From the IMG/VR virus record IMGVR_UViG_3300006137_000106: a stretch of DNA of 64,000 bases. The stretch is one strand, 5' to 3'. Position numbers and translations under genes: made by a program. A model generated the notes under the pieces. That model had not been told where the DNA came from, ran no database searches, and saw nothing but the letters and a program-made list of their open reading frames with translations. The first letter of the stretch is position 1, and each line of letters opens with the position of its first letter. Shown one piece after another: positions 9,912 through 20,069 of the stretch. This stretch comes from an uncultured virus (IMG/VR IMGVR_UViG_3300006137_000106) (lineage: Duplodnaviria; Heunggongvirae; Uroviricota; Caudoviricetes).

Positions 9912-9993
9912 CGTTGGTTGATATTGTAACTGGTACGCCAGTGATATATCTCTTATGCCGTTCGGTGCTGGTAACATCGAACGGCTTTGTTTG
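9912..9993 (+). ncRNA. Candidate ~80-nt small antisense RNA
   Basis: Bounded by the promoter above and an 11-bp hairpin GCCGTTCGGTG-CTGGTAA-CATCGAACGGC followed by TTTGTTTG; complementary to 22145-22290. Confidence 0.55.
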
Positions 9994-9994
9994 T

Positions 9995-10092
9995 ATATGC
10001 CCATTTTCAATGATTGATACTGCCTGTGAAGCTTGTTCTGGAATATCATTCAAGATAACCCTTAAGATAACATTTGTATCAATCAGTTGCAT
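9995..10092 (-). pseudogene. Truncated PIN-domain (VapC-like) toxin, about 31 N-terminal residues
   Basis: MQLIDTNVILRVILNDIPEQ PIN N-terminus; similarity ends at the repeat; overlaps the upstream antitoxin. Confidence 0.75.
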
Positions 10093-10324
10093 ATTTTTTT
10101 GTGATTGCACGTTTAAAAGCACCCTCTTCCTGTTCGATTAATGCTGGATTTGCATATTCACTAGCAATTCCAAGTATTGATTTTGCGGATTTTTTGTTTG
10201 CAGGTTCAATGCCCTTTTTTTCTAGTTCCTGTGAATTAATAAATTGAATAAACGTATAAACTGTTTCAATTTTCTGTTCTGGCATAGTTTGTAACAATCC
10301 GATTGCCTTTTCTAAAGTTGACAT
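10079..10324 (-). CDS. DUF2281-like antitoxin
   Basis: Size, LQTMPEQKIETVYTFIQFI pattern, KSILGIASEYAN; directly upstream of the PIN fragment. Confidence 0.6.
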   Translation of the reverse strand: MSTLEKAIGLLQTMPEQKIETVYTFIQFINSQELEKKGIEPANKKSAKSILGIASEYANPALIEQEEGAFKRAITKKYATD

Positions 10325-10446
10325 AGTAGTTATTCCTCCAATTCTATACCATAATATTTTTACGAGGTATTTTTTATTTCATTGTGTTTGACTTTATTAT
10401 ACCGTTCGGTGCTGGTAACATCGAACGGCTTTTCTTAATAAAGTTA

Positions 10447-10851
10447 TTATCCTAAATGAAGTTGTGTCTTTAAGGCGTCTTGTAGAACTTGGGAAAAGTT
10501 AATGTTTCGTTCAAGGGCAGCAGCATTGAGCCAAGCGGGTAGTGTAACAGTGCGATTTACAGAACGATTAATATTAGCTTGACGGATAGAGGGCATATAG
10601 ACATCAATTAGAACTGCCCGCTCGTTAGGTTGGACCTTTACATTAGCTAATGGTGTAGGGACAGGAATTTCTTCGCCGTCTTCTTCCAAACCATAAAGAA
10701 CACAACCAAGAAGTTCCCGCGCAGATAGGAGAGCATCATTATCATCTGTGCCACTAGTGGCACATTTTAAATCAGGAAAATCGACAGAAATTTCTTGTCC
10801 AGCTTCGTAAGAAAAAACGGCAGGATAAAAATAACGTTCTACTTTTTTCAT
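10447..10851 (-). CDS. hicB: HicB antitoxin
   Basis: YPAVF..V.FPDL..C.T.G; VNRTVTLPAWLN..NFSQVLQDAL. Confidence 0.92.
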   Translation of the reverse strand: MKKVERYFYPAVFSYEAGQEISVDFPDLKCATSGTDDNDALLSARELLGCVLYGLEEDGEEIPVPTPLANVKVQPNERAVLIDVYMPSIRQANINRSVNRTVTLPAWLNAAALERNINFSQVLQDALKTQLHLG

Positions 10852-10889
10852 AAAATAACCTCCTTAGATTAATATGTCAGGGGACAGGG

Positions 10890-11087
10890 CTAATTAAACT
10901 TTAGCCCTGATTGCTCTTCAATGCGTTTGAGTGTTTTGAGAGGGATATTTTTGTCTGGATGTTTTACTGTAGTGCGTCCCTTTTTAGTTGGATGTTTGAA
11001 TTGGTGGTGACTTCCTACTACATTCACCTCATACCAACCATCTGCTTTGAGTATTTGAATAACTTCTCTTGATGAATAATTTTTCAT
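10890..11087 (-). CDS. hicA: HicA mRNA interferase toxin
   Basis: REVIQILKADGW..GSHHQFKHPTKKGRTTVKHP. Confidence 0.92.
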   Translation of the reverse strand: MKNYSSREVIQILKADGWYEVNVVGSHHQFKHPTKKGRTTVKHPDKNIPLKTLKRIEEQSGLKFN

Positions 11088-11168
11088 TGGCATTTCCTCC
11101 TGACAATAGAATGATAACACATATAAAAATATTTGTCAATAAATTATGGCAAATATTTTTATATGTGT

Positions 11169-11585
11169 TCAATTAGTCTGTTTTACGTGCAAGTATTCCA
11201 TTAGTGCATTTTGAAATAACTTAGAGCAGTTCACGCCATCTTCATCAGCTTTAGAGGCAAGCCATGCTGGAAGAGAAAGTGTTTTCTTCACAAATCTGCT
11301 GTTAATACGTTCTCTTATGGGAGGCATAAATACCTCAATAAGCACAGGAACTTGATTTGGCTCAAGTGAGATAGCTGTGATGGGAGTTGGTGATGGAGGC
11401 GCTTCATTGTCTTGTTCCATACCCCAAATATGAAGTCCCATAGCTTCTTTTGCATTTTTTAATGCCATATCCGTATTACCAGTGTCTGCACAGGGACAGC
11501 ATCCGGGTAAATCGGGAAATTCAATACATATCCCATCTTCATCATAAGAAAATACGGCGACATAAGAATATCTGTCCTTTAACAT
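11169..11585 (-). CDS. hicB: HicB antitoxin (second copy)
   Basis: IEFPDLPGC, NAKEAMGLHI, VKKTLSLPAWL. Confidence 0.92.
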   Translation of the reverse strand: MLKDRYSYVAVFSYDEDGICIEFPDLPGCCPCADTGNTDMALKNAKEAMGLHIWGMEQDNEAPPSPTPITAISLEPNQVPVLIEVFMPPIRERINSRFVKKTLSLPAWLASKADEDGVNCSKLFQNALMEYLHVKQTN

Positions 11586-11631
11586 AAAAATCCTCCTAAT
11601 AATATATTAATGAGAAGCAAGTATGCAGGGA

Positions 11632-11829
11632 TTATGGAAATATAATCCCTGATTGTTTTGAAATACTTTTGAGAGTTCCTAAAGGTATGTCTTTTCTAGG
11701 GTGAGTTATTGTGACTTTTCCTTTTTTAGTAGGGTGTTTGTATTGATGATGATCTCCATCACAAGCCACTTCATACCAACCATTTTTTCTAAGTATTTCA
11801 ATTACTTCTCTTGATGAGTAGCCTTTCAT
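11632..11829 (-). CDS. hicA: HicA toxin (second copy)
   Basis: REVIEILRKNGW..GDHHQYKHPTKKGKVTITHP. Confidence 0.92.
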   Translation of the reverse strand: MKGYSSREVIEILRKNGWYEVACDGDHHQYKHPTKKGKVTITHPRKDIPLGTLKSISKQSGIIFP

Positions 11830-12130
11830 TTGTTAAGTCCTCCTTATAAGTACATTATAATACATAATTTATTGCGTGTCAATATCTGGAATAAATAATT
11901 TTTTATGTATTGTGAATTCTTATAAATACCTTTGTTATTTTAGTATTTTGTACTATACTGCAAATTGGAACTTATACATTGAAAGAATACTTTTTTGGAA
12001 CTTATTATTAAGAAGAACAGCTATCTCTCTTTAGGAACTGTAGAAAAATAATTGACACATCTTGACTTGTCTATTTCTTCGGTCTTGCAGACCCAGAAGC
12101 CTTGCCATAACCTGTTAAGTAAGATGCCTG

Positions 12131-13173
12131 TTATAATTTACAACATTTCTCAAAAGTGTCTTTTATTAGTTCCTGTATCGTATCAAGTTGCTCGACTTCA
12201 TCAAAATAATATTCACATTCATAATCAGTATTTTCAAATTTATGTAGTGTAAATAGATGTTGCTCTTTTCGGATGTAAACACGGCAAATCCATTTGGTTG
12301 AAAGCTCACCAAGCTGCATATAAGCATATCTTGAAGTCTTTTTATAAGTAATGTCTAAACTGGTGTTTAGGAGACCTTTAATATAATTCAAAACATTTGT
12401 TTCGTCAGTGTTCAGTATAGGCTCTGCTTTCTCGTCGGAGGGAACGGAAATAACAGGTTCGGGAGAAATAACAGTACTTAGGCGTTCTGAAATAACATCA
12501 TTAATGTATTCTTCAAAGGCTTTCTGAATGATTCCCTTAAATTTATCTATGACAGCTTGTGTTTTGGTACCGTTGTATATATTTTTGGTAAGGAGTGCTT
12601 TTACTAATTGGTCAGAAGGAGACTGAAACTGTTCCGCAATTACATTTTTTACCATTGTCATATATTTTAAGTTTGAAGCACTACTTAAAATGTTTTTGAC
12701 ATTGAATGCATCTTTTTGAAATTGTTTTAACTCCTCAGCAACATTTTTTTCAACTTTAGAAAGGTTGACGACAAGAAATGGTATTGTGTCCATTTTATTA
12801 TGCTCTTCCAAGTCTGAATAAAATTGATAAATAATGCCATTCGTTAGGATTCCAAACTTTGCTTTCGTGACGGAAAAGTATCGTATTAACTGACTCATAT
12901 GTTTTACAGATAGTTCCGTGTTAATAGGTTTGGCTTCGATTAGGATTAGAGGTTCATTATTAATCATAATGGCGTAATCAACCTGTTCTCCTTTCTTAAT
13001 ACCAACATCGGCAGTATATTCTGGAACAAATTCCAGTGGATTAAATACATCATAACCCAAAAGCTGGAAAAATGGCAGTATGATAGATGTTTTTGTCGCT
13101 TCTTCCGTCTGGATATTTCCTTTTAGGTGCTCAATTCTGTTGGAGAAGTTTTTAGTTTTTCTAAGAACTCCAT
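12131..13173 (-). CDS. HsdR N-terminal-like (type I restriction R-subunit N-domain) prophage nuclease; apparent 1-nt frameshift near the start
   Basis: EEATKTSIILPFFQLLGYDVFNP.EF.PEY.AD, VDYAI, LIEAK, GILTNG. The RBS-linked ATG at 13173 is out of frame with the body. Confidence 0.75.
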
Positions 13174-13457
13174 AGTGATTCCTCTTTTCTTTATTATTTA
13201 GTTTTTCCATATTTATATGATTATACGACAAAAGAGTACAAAAGAATAGTATTTCGTAACAAATTGATATTTTATTTGGCATTTTGCAAGAAACTATAAA
13301 AAAATGACGGTTCTTTTTTTGTAGGTATCTAACGAAATTGCGGGTTATTGCAAGATATGAAAGAATGAGTGTAGACTTTATACCTTTCTTTGTGCTAACA
13401 TTTTAATAACTTAAGGTGTAGGTAATATTTGTCGTTTAATACAAAGGAGCGTTGTGT

Positions 13458-13574
13458 ATGAGTGATAAAAGTGAAGTTATAAAACTCATTCAAAAACTAG
13501 ATGATGAGAGGGAAAAAAAGTTTATAATTCAAATCCTAATCATGATTAAAACCCATCTTTCGGGCAGGCATTAA
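13458..13574 (+). CDS. Small hypothetical protein (38 aa)
   Basis: AAAGGAG RBS; MSDKSEVIKLIQKLDDEREKKFIIQILIMIKTHLSGRH. Confidence 0.4.
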   Translation: MSDKSEVIKLIQKLDDEREKKFIIQILIMIKTHLSGRH

Positions 13575-13667
13575 GTCTGTCCAATCTTAAAATTATTTGG
13601 ATATATACTCATAAGCTTACCATATATATCTTATCCAAACTTTAGTTTTTAACATAACTTTAATTTT

Positions 13668-14759
13668 CTATTCAATCTTTTTTATGTCTCTGGTATCAGT
13701 ATATATATAATATTCTCTTACTACAGGTTTGGAACATAATTTTTTTGCATCATATTTTTCACCTTCTATGTAATTATGTTCAACAACATATAGTGCGTCA
13801 TGAACAGGATTGATGCTTGCGGTGATTTTTCTGGAATGGTTAACAATGACATGAAATTCTGAATCTTCTTTAAAATATTTTTTATAGTAAGAATAAATAT
13901 AGTCTTGAATGTTTACATCTTCTGATATTTCGGCAAGACGCCAGTTTCCGGTTGTATCATTTTGAACACTTTCATAAAATTTAAGATTCAAGTCAGATAT
14001 ATCTTTGTCGCTAATTCCACCGATTTCTTCATCAGTCTGATACTCTGATGTGAGTTCTGTTGGAGAATCATTAGGCAGTTCAGATAATTCTTTTTTGAAT
14101 AAAAAATCGCGTTGCTCATCGGTGTTTGATACTTCTATTTCAGATTCGCCAAGTATATGCGTTGTAAATGTGTCATATCGTGGTGATCCGTCAGAAGAAT
14201 AATTGCTCAACGAAACTTCTGAATCAGTTTCAGCATGGTAATAGCTTACTGTCATAATTATTTGAACATCATCAATTGGACTAAAAGCAAAATATACATA
14301 GTCCCCATTGGTATCTATAATTTTAATTTCGCCTAAATCTTCCTCAGTTGGTTCTGTAATTTCTATTTTATATTCAAGGGTACTTGCAAAACTTTTAACT
14401 CCTTCAAAAATAAATGATTTTTCTCGATTGGCGTAAGGAACATATATTTGTTCAAACAAATCTGTTGTTTCTATTGTTTGATATTTATTTTCTTCTAGTG
14501 ATAAAACAGTTTCTGATTCAGATTCAATAGTTTCTTCGGTCGCTATACTCGTTATTTCTTGGCTGGCAAATGTTTCTGTAATTGGAGTTTCTTCTTCAAG
14601 TTCAACTGTTTCTTTTTTTGTTGTTTCTGTACTGACTAATTCTGTGGATTCTGTTTCTTGTTTTGGTTCCTCTGTACGCGATTCATTTTTGGAATTGCAA
14701 GCCATTAATGATAAAGTTGTGATAGCTACGAGTAATACTAATAATGATTTCTTTTTCAT
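13668..14759 (-). CDS. Acidic lipoprotein in the lysogeny region (superinfection-exclusion candidate)
   Basis: MKKK-hydrophobic-LMAC lipobox; E/T-rich linker. Confidence 0.7.
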   Translation of the reverse strand: MKKKSLLVLLVAITTLSLMACNSKNESRTEEPKQETESTELVSTETTKKETVELEEETPITETFASQEITSIATEETIESESETVLSLEENKYQTIETTDLFEQIYVPYANREKSFIFEGVKSFASTLEYKIEITEPTEEDLGEIKIIDTNGDYVYFAFSPIDDVQIIMTVSYYHAETDSEVSLSNYSSDGSPRYDTFTTHILGESEIEVSNTDEQRDFLFKKELSELPNDSPTELTSEYQTDEEIGGISDKDISDLNLKFYESVQNDTTGNWRLAEISEDVNIQDYIYSYYKKYFKEDSEFHVIVNHSRKITASINPVHDALYVVEHNYIEGEKYDAKKLCSKPVVREYYIYTDTRDIKKIE

Positions 14760-14849
14760 TTGTTTTTACTCATCCTTTGTTCAAACTATTTTAAATTAAC
14801 ATATTATCACTATAACATCAAAATATTATTGTTAATTTTAAATATGCAA

Positions 14850-15239
14850 CTATGTATTCTTTATTTTATCTATCAAATTTTGTGCAACATTCTTTAATAT
14901 TTTTTTGGAGTTGTTATCTAAATTTTCGTATATAATGATTACTTCCTTTATCAGATCAGCCACAACATCATCAGTCGAATCCAAGAGCATTTGAGTACAC
15001 ATTGCAAGTTCTTCATCTTTTGATAATTTGATGAACATATCATCATCAGAACCGCCGTTTCGTAACCAATCCTCACTAACTCCAAATTCACGACAAATTA
15101 AAGACAAGACTGCATCTATTGGTTCGTTTCTACCGAGTTCGTATTGCGCGATGGTATTTCCCTTAACTCCGAGTCTCTCACCAAATTCACGTTGCGTTAA
15201 ATCTAACGTTTTTCTAAGCTTACGCAATCGTTCATTCAT
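14850..15239 (-). CDS. XRE-family HTH repressor (CI-like)
   Basis: LRKLRKTLDLTQREFGERLGVKGNTIAQYELGRNEP. Confidence 0.85.
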   Translation of the reverse strand: MNERLRKLRKTLDLTQREFGERLGVKGNTIAQYELGRNEPIDAVLSLICREFGVSEDWLRNGGSDDDMFIKLSKDEELAMCTQMLLDSTDDVVADLIKEVIIIYENLDNNSKKILKNVAQNLIDKIKNT

Positions 15240-15532
15240 TATAATTATCACCACCTTCATATTCAAGATAACAAATCTAAATAAAAAAGTCAACAGCAAG
15301 CTTCACAAAAACAAAAAATATCTCAAAATCCAAAATATATATTGACAAAAATGTTTTTGAGAATTAAAATATTCACATAAACAAAGATAAAATTAATAGG
15401 ATAGTAGACAAACATTTTATTTCACTTGCGAAATTGTGTACTCAGTGAATCAATGTTATTTAGTTAGCTGTGTGGACCGTTAAGTTAAGGGGTAAAATGT
15501 TACCCCAGTCTAGTTAAGAACCGGGGCAACAC

Positions 15533-15943
15533 TTAGACCTGCTGTCTTTGCTGATAGAGAGCGGTAAGGGAATCCTGAAGAACCTGTGAAAAATTAATGT
15601 GGTTTTTTTCAGCAAATGTGTTGAGCCATGCGGGAATGGTAAGATTTTTTCTTACAGCTTTTTCACCATATTTTTCAGCATAAGCATCCATATCCAGGAC
15701 AAGCATACTTACAAAGCCGCCCGGATCGGGGGTGATGCTTTCCAGAGGGCTTGCTTCCGGAGCTGGCTTTCCATCTTCCAGTTCATCAAGAACCCAGCCG
15801 GACGCTGCGTCTGTACCCATAAGAATGGCTTCAGCCAGTGTATTGCCTCCACTGACACAGCCGGGAAGATCAGGAACTACCACAGCATAAGCTCCATTTT
15901 TTTCTTCATCAGGATAGAAACAAGCAGGATAAGTTAATTTCAT
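15533..15943 (-). CDS. hicB: HicB antitoxin (third copy)
   Basis: YPACFY..VVVPDLPGCVSGG; VRKNLTIPAWLN. Confidence 0.92.
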   Translation of the reverse strand: MKLTYPACFYPDEEKNGAYAVVVPDLPGCVSGGNTLAEAILMGTDAASGWVLDELEDGKPAPEASPLESITPDPGGFVSMLVLDMDAYAEKYGEKAVRKNLTIPAWLNTFAEKNHINFSQVLQDSLTALYQQRQQV

Positions 15944-15977
15944 AAATACCTCCTTTATGGTGTGCAGTACTGGACTT

Positions 15978-16157
15978 TTATAGTCCGGCCTGCTTAAAAA
16001 TTTGTTTGACTATTTGTGGGGCTATATCTCCGGGGTGCTTGGGAATTGTAACTTTCCCCGGTTTTGATGGATGCGTGTATTGGCAATGAGAACCTTTTGT
16101 GCTTTTATATTTCCATCCATCTGCTAAAATAATTTTTTCTATCTCCCGGAATCTCAT
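15978..16157 (-). CDS. hicA: HicA toxin (third copy, 59 aa, below the ORF-track cutoff)
   Basis: Manual translation MRFREIEKIILADGWKYKSTKGSHCQYTHPSKPGKVTIPKHPGDIAPQIVKQIFKQAGL; AGGAGG RBS. Confidence 0.9.
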   Translation of the reverse strand: MRFREIEKIILADGWKYKSTKGSHCQYTHPSKPGKVTIPKHPGDIAPQIVKQIFKQAGL

Positions 16158-16469
16158 GCTGTAACCTCCTTACAATTATATTATACGCATTATGCGCATG
16201 CGTGTCAAGAGGAAACTTAAAAACTTTTGAAAATATAAGTATTTGCAAATTACCAAATATGAAAACCTGTATTTTGAGAAAAATTTACCAAAATCTAATT
16301 TTGATGTGGTGCTGGTAGGCAGATTATTTGTGAAAAGTAGGGATTTTTCCTTGAAAATCAAAGATTTTGAAAAAAATGCAGGTATGGAGATGTACCTGCA
16401 TCATTTTTCAGAATTATGCAGGGAGGACTTTTTGTGTCAGTTATGTACATTGTGTTATACCATTTTAGG

Positions 16470-16799
16470 CTACTTTGATTTTTCAACTAATGAATCAATC
16501 ATCTTTTTGATTAACTCACGATCTGAATCATTGAGCAAACTATATTGTTGGGCAAGCTGTCTCACTTCATCATTAATATCTAATTCGCTGGTTATATCTT
16601 CAAATCCAGTTTCAAGAAGAATATCGCCAGATGTATTTAGGATAGTTGCAAGTTGCTTTATTTTGGCAACATCCGGTTGGCGCTTTCCCGTTTCATAACC
16701 GCAATATGTGCTTTTGGTAATGCCCATAAGGTCAGCAACTTCTTGTTGAGTATAATTCATATTTAAACGTGCCTTTTTTAGTTGTTCAGAAAATCCCAT
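16470..16799 (-). CDS. XRE-family HTH repressor
   Basis: LKKARLNMNYTQQEVADLMGITKSTYCGYETGKRQP. Confidence 0.88.
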   Translation of the reverse strand: MGFSEQLKKARLNMNYTQQEVADLMGITKSTYCGYETGKRQPDVAKIKQLATILNTSGDILLETGFEDITSELDINDEVRQLAQQYSLLNDSDRELIKKMIDSLVEKSK

Positions 16800-16833
16800 A
16801 TCGTCACCTCATTTCAAAGCTATCCTAACATGA

Positions 16834-16920
16834 GGTTGGCGATATGTCAACAAATTTCAAAAATACTATTGACAAGTTGGCGATACGCGGATACAATCAA
16901 GATAAAGGTTGGCGATTCGT
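16834..16920. promoter_or_regulatory. Divergent promoter region with three GTTGGCGAT operator-like repeats
   Basis: GTTGGCGAT occurs three times; TTGACA-17-TACAAT on the + strand overlaps the middle copy. Confidence 0.7.
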
Positions 16921-16938
16921 TTACAAGGAGGTGAATAT

Positions 16939-17154
16939 ATGTACGCAAATTTATTAGGTCAGAAAGCATACAACCATCTGACAGATGAGGATATGGGAAA
17001 GATTATCGGCGTTAGTCGAAATTCTTATAGTCAGAAAATACGAAGCGGAAGATTTTGGCCGAGTGAGTGTCAAGCATTTTGCAGGTACTTTAATAAATCG
17101 TTTGAGTATTTATTTGCGACAGAGGAGGACACATCTTCCCATCAGACGGCATAA
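16939..17154 (+). CDS. Cro-like HTH protein
   Basis: Divergent from the repressor; LTDEDMGKIIGVSRNSYSQK; AGGAGG RBS. Confidence 0.8.
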   Translation: MYANLLGQKAYNHLTDEDMGKIIGVSRNSYSQKIRSGRFWPSECQAFCRYFNKSFEYLFATEEDTSSHQTA

Positions 17155-17689
17155 CTCGACAAGCCGTAGGAGTGTGGTATAAGGGGAAGAACAACTTTAG
17201 ACTGGCGAATATAAGTAGACGAAGTCAGCAAGAAAAAAATGAAAGGAAAAGTCATAATTATAAAACCCATTTCTGTTAAAAGTAAGGATTTTCTTCATAT
17301 CAAGACATTTTAAGATTGTCCCAATTCGTTTTATTGTGTCTGATGTATATTCAGTAGGTAATATGCAGAAACGTTAAAAGGACATGCCATGCAGCATGTC
17401 CAATTTCATCTGAACCTCAAAAACTACATTATAGTTAATAAGGTTATGTATTTTATAATAGTTTTGGTAGGAGTGTGGCAACTAAACCACTAGCGATGCA
17501 AGTACATACATCAACCACAAACTTCTTCTTTTCTTCTGGATAGTCGTCTGTAAAATAACCATCAGAAGTAAGAAGTCGGTGTCTTATGATGATACCTGCA
17601 AGTGTAGCATAACAACTTGTTACCATGAGCAAGCACCTCCTAATAATAAAAACAGCATGACCTTAGATCGTGCTGTTTTTATTATATCA

Positions 17690-18013
17690 CTATTTAGAAC
17701 TTTCAGTCAAGTACCTAATAAAAGATGAAACAGCATTGACCTGTTCATCACTCAAGATATCAATGGATTCTAAGACCTGCTTTTTAGCTAAAGATATACC
17801 TTGATTTGAAAATATTTCACCTTGACCATTTTCTAACCAGTCTTTGTTTACATTAAAGACATTTTCAATAAGTAGCAGTATCCGATCTGGTGGATTGACC
17901 TTACCTTGCATAATTCTGGAGAAGTAACCAGCATCAAGATTTATTTTCATAGCAAACTGGCGTTGAGAAATATTTAGCTCATTTAAAAGAATTTTTAATC
18001 TGTCACAAATCAT
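17690..18013 (-). CDS. XRE-family HTH regulator
   Basis: LNISQRQFAMKINLDAGYFSRIMQGKVNP..VNKDWLENGQGE. Confidence 0.85.
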   Translation of the reverse strand: MICDRLKILLNELNISQRQFAMKINLDAGYFSRIMQGKVNPPDRILLLIENVFNVNKDWLENGQGEIFSNQGISLAKKQVLESIDILSDEQVNAVSSFIRYLTESSK

Positions 18014-18146
18014 TATATTCACCTCTCTGGTGAAAGCATACCAAAAAATATTGCTTATGTCAATGAAAAGTATTGAAAAAACACTTGACAAATTGCTAAA
18101 AGCAATCTATAGTGTTGTTAAAAGCAATAGAAAGGAGGAAGAGCTG

Positions 18147-18296
18147 ATGACTAAAGCACAACAGACATTAAAAGAGGATATTGAGAAAATTAAGGATGAT
18201 ACCACTATTGAGAAAGTAAGAATTTTCATCATGGGAATATTAGCACAGCAGAATATTTCTGAAAATCAGCGTAACCCGACAAAGCAACCTGTATAA
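18147..18296 (+). CDS. Small protein divergent from the HTH gene (49 aa)
   Basis: AAGGAGG RBS; preceded by TTGACA and palindromic ATTGCTAAAAGCAAT sites. Confidence 0.6.
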   Translation: MTKAQQTLKEDIEKIKDDTTIEKVRIFIMGILAQQNISENQRNPTKQPV

Positions 18297-18495
18297 ACAT
18301 ACAGTGCAAGTTAATAAAAAGTCATTAGGTACAAATAAACGAATTGGGAGTTAAGATTTACGGAATTTGGGATAAATAGGAGCGTCTTATGAAGAGATAA
18401 CCTCTTACACTTAACAGGAAAATGGCTTAAGTAAATGACATTGCAAACTAATGACATTGGTTTGGGAAAGAGCAGTTATTGGAGGTAATGAGCTA

Positions 18496-18855
18496 ATGCC
18501 AGAGTTAACAGATAAGGATTTGCATTGTATTGCACGAATACTGCAATCACAACTATTAGGAGATAATGTGCAATGTATGTACTGTAAGTATGCTTTGGAA
18601 TGCCTTGAAGAATATGGACATACGCATAAAGCGTCGTTTATTAAAGTATGGAAAAAATTGGAAGAACTTACAGGCATAAATATTCATCTTTTCAATTCAA
18701 AAACCAAGCAAAAAGATATTCTTGCAGGTTCTTGGATTGAAAAGTGTCCGTCATTATTAGAACAGTTTACCAATATGTCTTTTGAAGAGCAACAGGACAG
18801 TCTTCGGAATTTGGACATTCAGCAGTATGCGGACAGTCGCTTGTTTGGAAATTAG
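18496..18855 (+). CDS. Hypothetical Cys-containing phage protein
   Basis: GGAGG RBS; CMYCKY..C motif. Confidence 0.65.
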   Translation: MPELTDKDLHCIARILQSQLLGDNVQCMYCKYALECLEEYGHTHKASFIKVWKKLEELTGINIHLFNSKTKQKDILAGSWIEKCPSLLEQFTNMSFEEQQDSLRNLDIQQYADSRLFGN

Positions 18856-18961
18856 CTAGAGGTAGTGTCCCAAGTGGTGCATATTGAACGTATGTAGCGT
18901 TAATAGTAGTTTCAGCTTCAAGATATGGGCAATATCCAGCAATAAGTTCTGTTTTTTGCAT
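18767..18961 (-). CDS. Small Cys-rich protein (GYCP...C...C...DCP), antisense cassette 1
   Basis: Own promoter TTGCAT-17-TATACT (19040-19012) and AGAAAGGA RBS; paralog at 20309-20494. Confidence 0.7.
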   Translation of the reverse strand: MQKTELIAGYCPYLEAETTINATYVQYAPLGTLPLANFQTSDCPHTAECPNSEDCPVALQKTYW

Positions 18962-19099
18962 GAAAAAAATGTTCCTTTCTATGTACTCGGCTTGGCAGAG
19001 CCTGTAAGTACAGTATAGGGAAGAATCTGGAAAAATGCAATGATAAACAAGCAGCAGAAAGGGCAGAGCCTTAACTTAATGGAGGCGGGGGCTAACTAA

Positions 19100-19279
19100 A
19101 TGACATTGCTAATGGTATCTATCCCCGCAGAAGTCAAAAGTGAGATTGATACTGTAAAACAGCGAGAGTTTTATGATAAACCATACGCTGAATTATACAG
19201 ACATATTATTCGCTTAGGGCTGACCAAAATGAGGGAAACGACGGACAACCAGCGTAACCCGACAAAGCAGATTGTATAA
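19100..19279 (+). CDS. Ribbon-helix-helix/Arc-like small protein (59 aa)
   Basis: Manual translation MTLLMVSIPAEVKSEIDTVKQREFYDKPYAELYRHIIRLGL...NQRNPTKQIV. Confidence 0.5.
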   Translation: MTLLMVSIPAEVKSEIDTVKQREFYDKPYAELYRHIIRLGLTKMRETTDNQRNPTKQIV

Positions 19280-19385
19280 ACATACACCAAAACGGAGGTT
19301 TTATACAGTGGGAACACTTTTTCGAAAAGGGAATAACTTAATGGAGGCGGGGGCAATTAAATGACATTGGGGAGGTGAAGGAAGA

Positions 19386-19568
19386 TTGTGGATATCAAGA
19401 AAGTATTATAATGCTTTGAATGAAAGAATTGCTGAACAAAAACAGCAGCTTAAGTATCAGCAATTCATGTTGGAGGTTTGTAAGAAAGTAGATATGTCAG
19501 CAAAAGAACTGATCAATGAATTTCAGTCTTCGGGAAATTCGTTATCATTCAGAGGTAAAATCCGGTAA
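19386..19568 (+). CDS. Hypothetical protein
   Basis: GGAGGTG/AGGA RBS; MWISRK N-terminus, coiled coil. Confidence 0.55.
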   Translation: MWISRKYYNALNERIAEQKQQLKYQQFMLEVCKKVDMSAKELINEFQSSGNSLSFRGKIR

Positions 19569-19828
19569 TTATTTAGCAGCCATTGATTGTAATTACAAAG
19601 CAGATCATTAAATGAGGTTATTGTTGATTTTAGGGATATTTTATGAGCAGCCACTATGATATCAAGTAGACGTTCTTCGGATGTTTGATTCATTTTTTCA
19701 ATATTGCGTGTGATATCAATTAAGGCAATTTTGAAGTTCTCGGAATCTTTTCTAATAAGATCTGGAATGCAAAAATTATTAATGTATTCCAAGAAGTTTT
19801 TAAAAAGTTCATCGTTTGTTTGCCTCAT
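19523..19828 (-). CDS. Hypothetical protein, antisense cassette 2
   Basis: Shares the TATACT-hairpin-AGAAAGG leader with cassettes 1 and 3. Confidence 0.65.
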   Translation of the reverse strand: MRQTNDELFKNFLEYINNFCIPDLIRKDSENFKIALIDITRNIEKMNQTSEERLLDIIVAAHKISLKSTITSFNDLLCNYNQWLLNNYRILPLNDNEFPED

Positions 19829-20069
19829 AATAAAGTACCTTTCTTATAAACTCGGTCATGGCAGTGACCTGTAAGAACAGTATAAAACAGGAAGGGTAAA
19901 AGAGTAAGATGCAATTGGAATACAAGAAATTAGCCGGATAAAGAATACATAGGACAGAGCCTTAACTTAACGAATAAGAAAACTAAATGATATTGATTTA
20001 GAAAAGAGTAGTTATTGGAGGTAATATTTCAACAGTCAGTTTATGACTTATTTAGATAGGGGTGAGAGT

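Larger units (their letters stand above)
9958..10432. repeat. 31-bp exact direct repeat (9958-9988 and 10402-10432) flanking a TA cassette
   Basis: CCGTTCGGTGCTGGTAACATCGAACGGCTTT occurs twice. Confidence 0.9.

Noticed and set aside
9929..9946. Second att core (GGTACGCCA resembling GGCACGCCA at 8226-8234)
   Set aside because: Only 8/9 bp, no flanking M23 similarity, and it is part of sRNA block A
17380..17630. Intact gene downstream of the 17690 HTH (possible DUF2321-like remnant)
   Set aside because: Has an RBS but is short and broken by stops and frameshifts; similarity too weak to call
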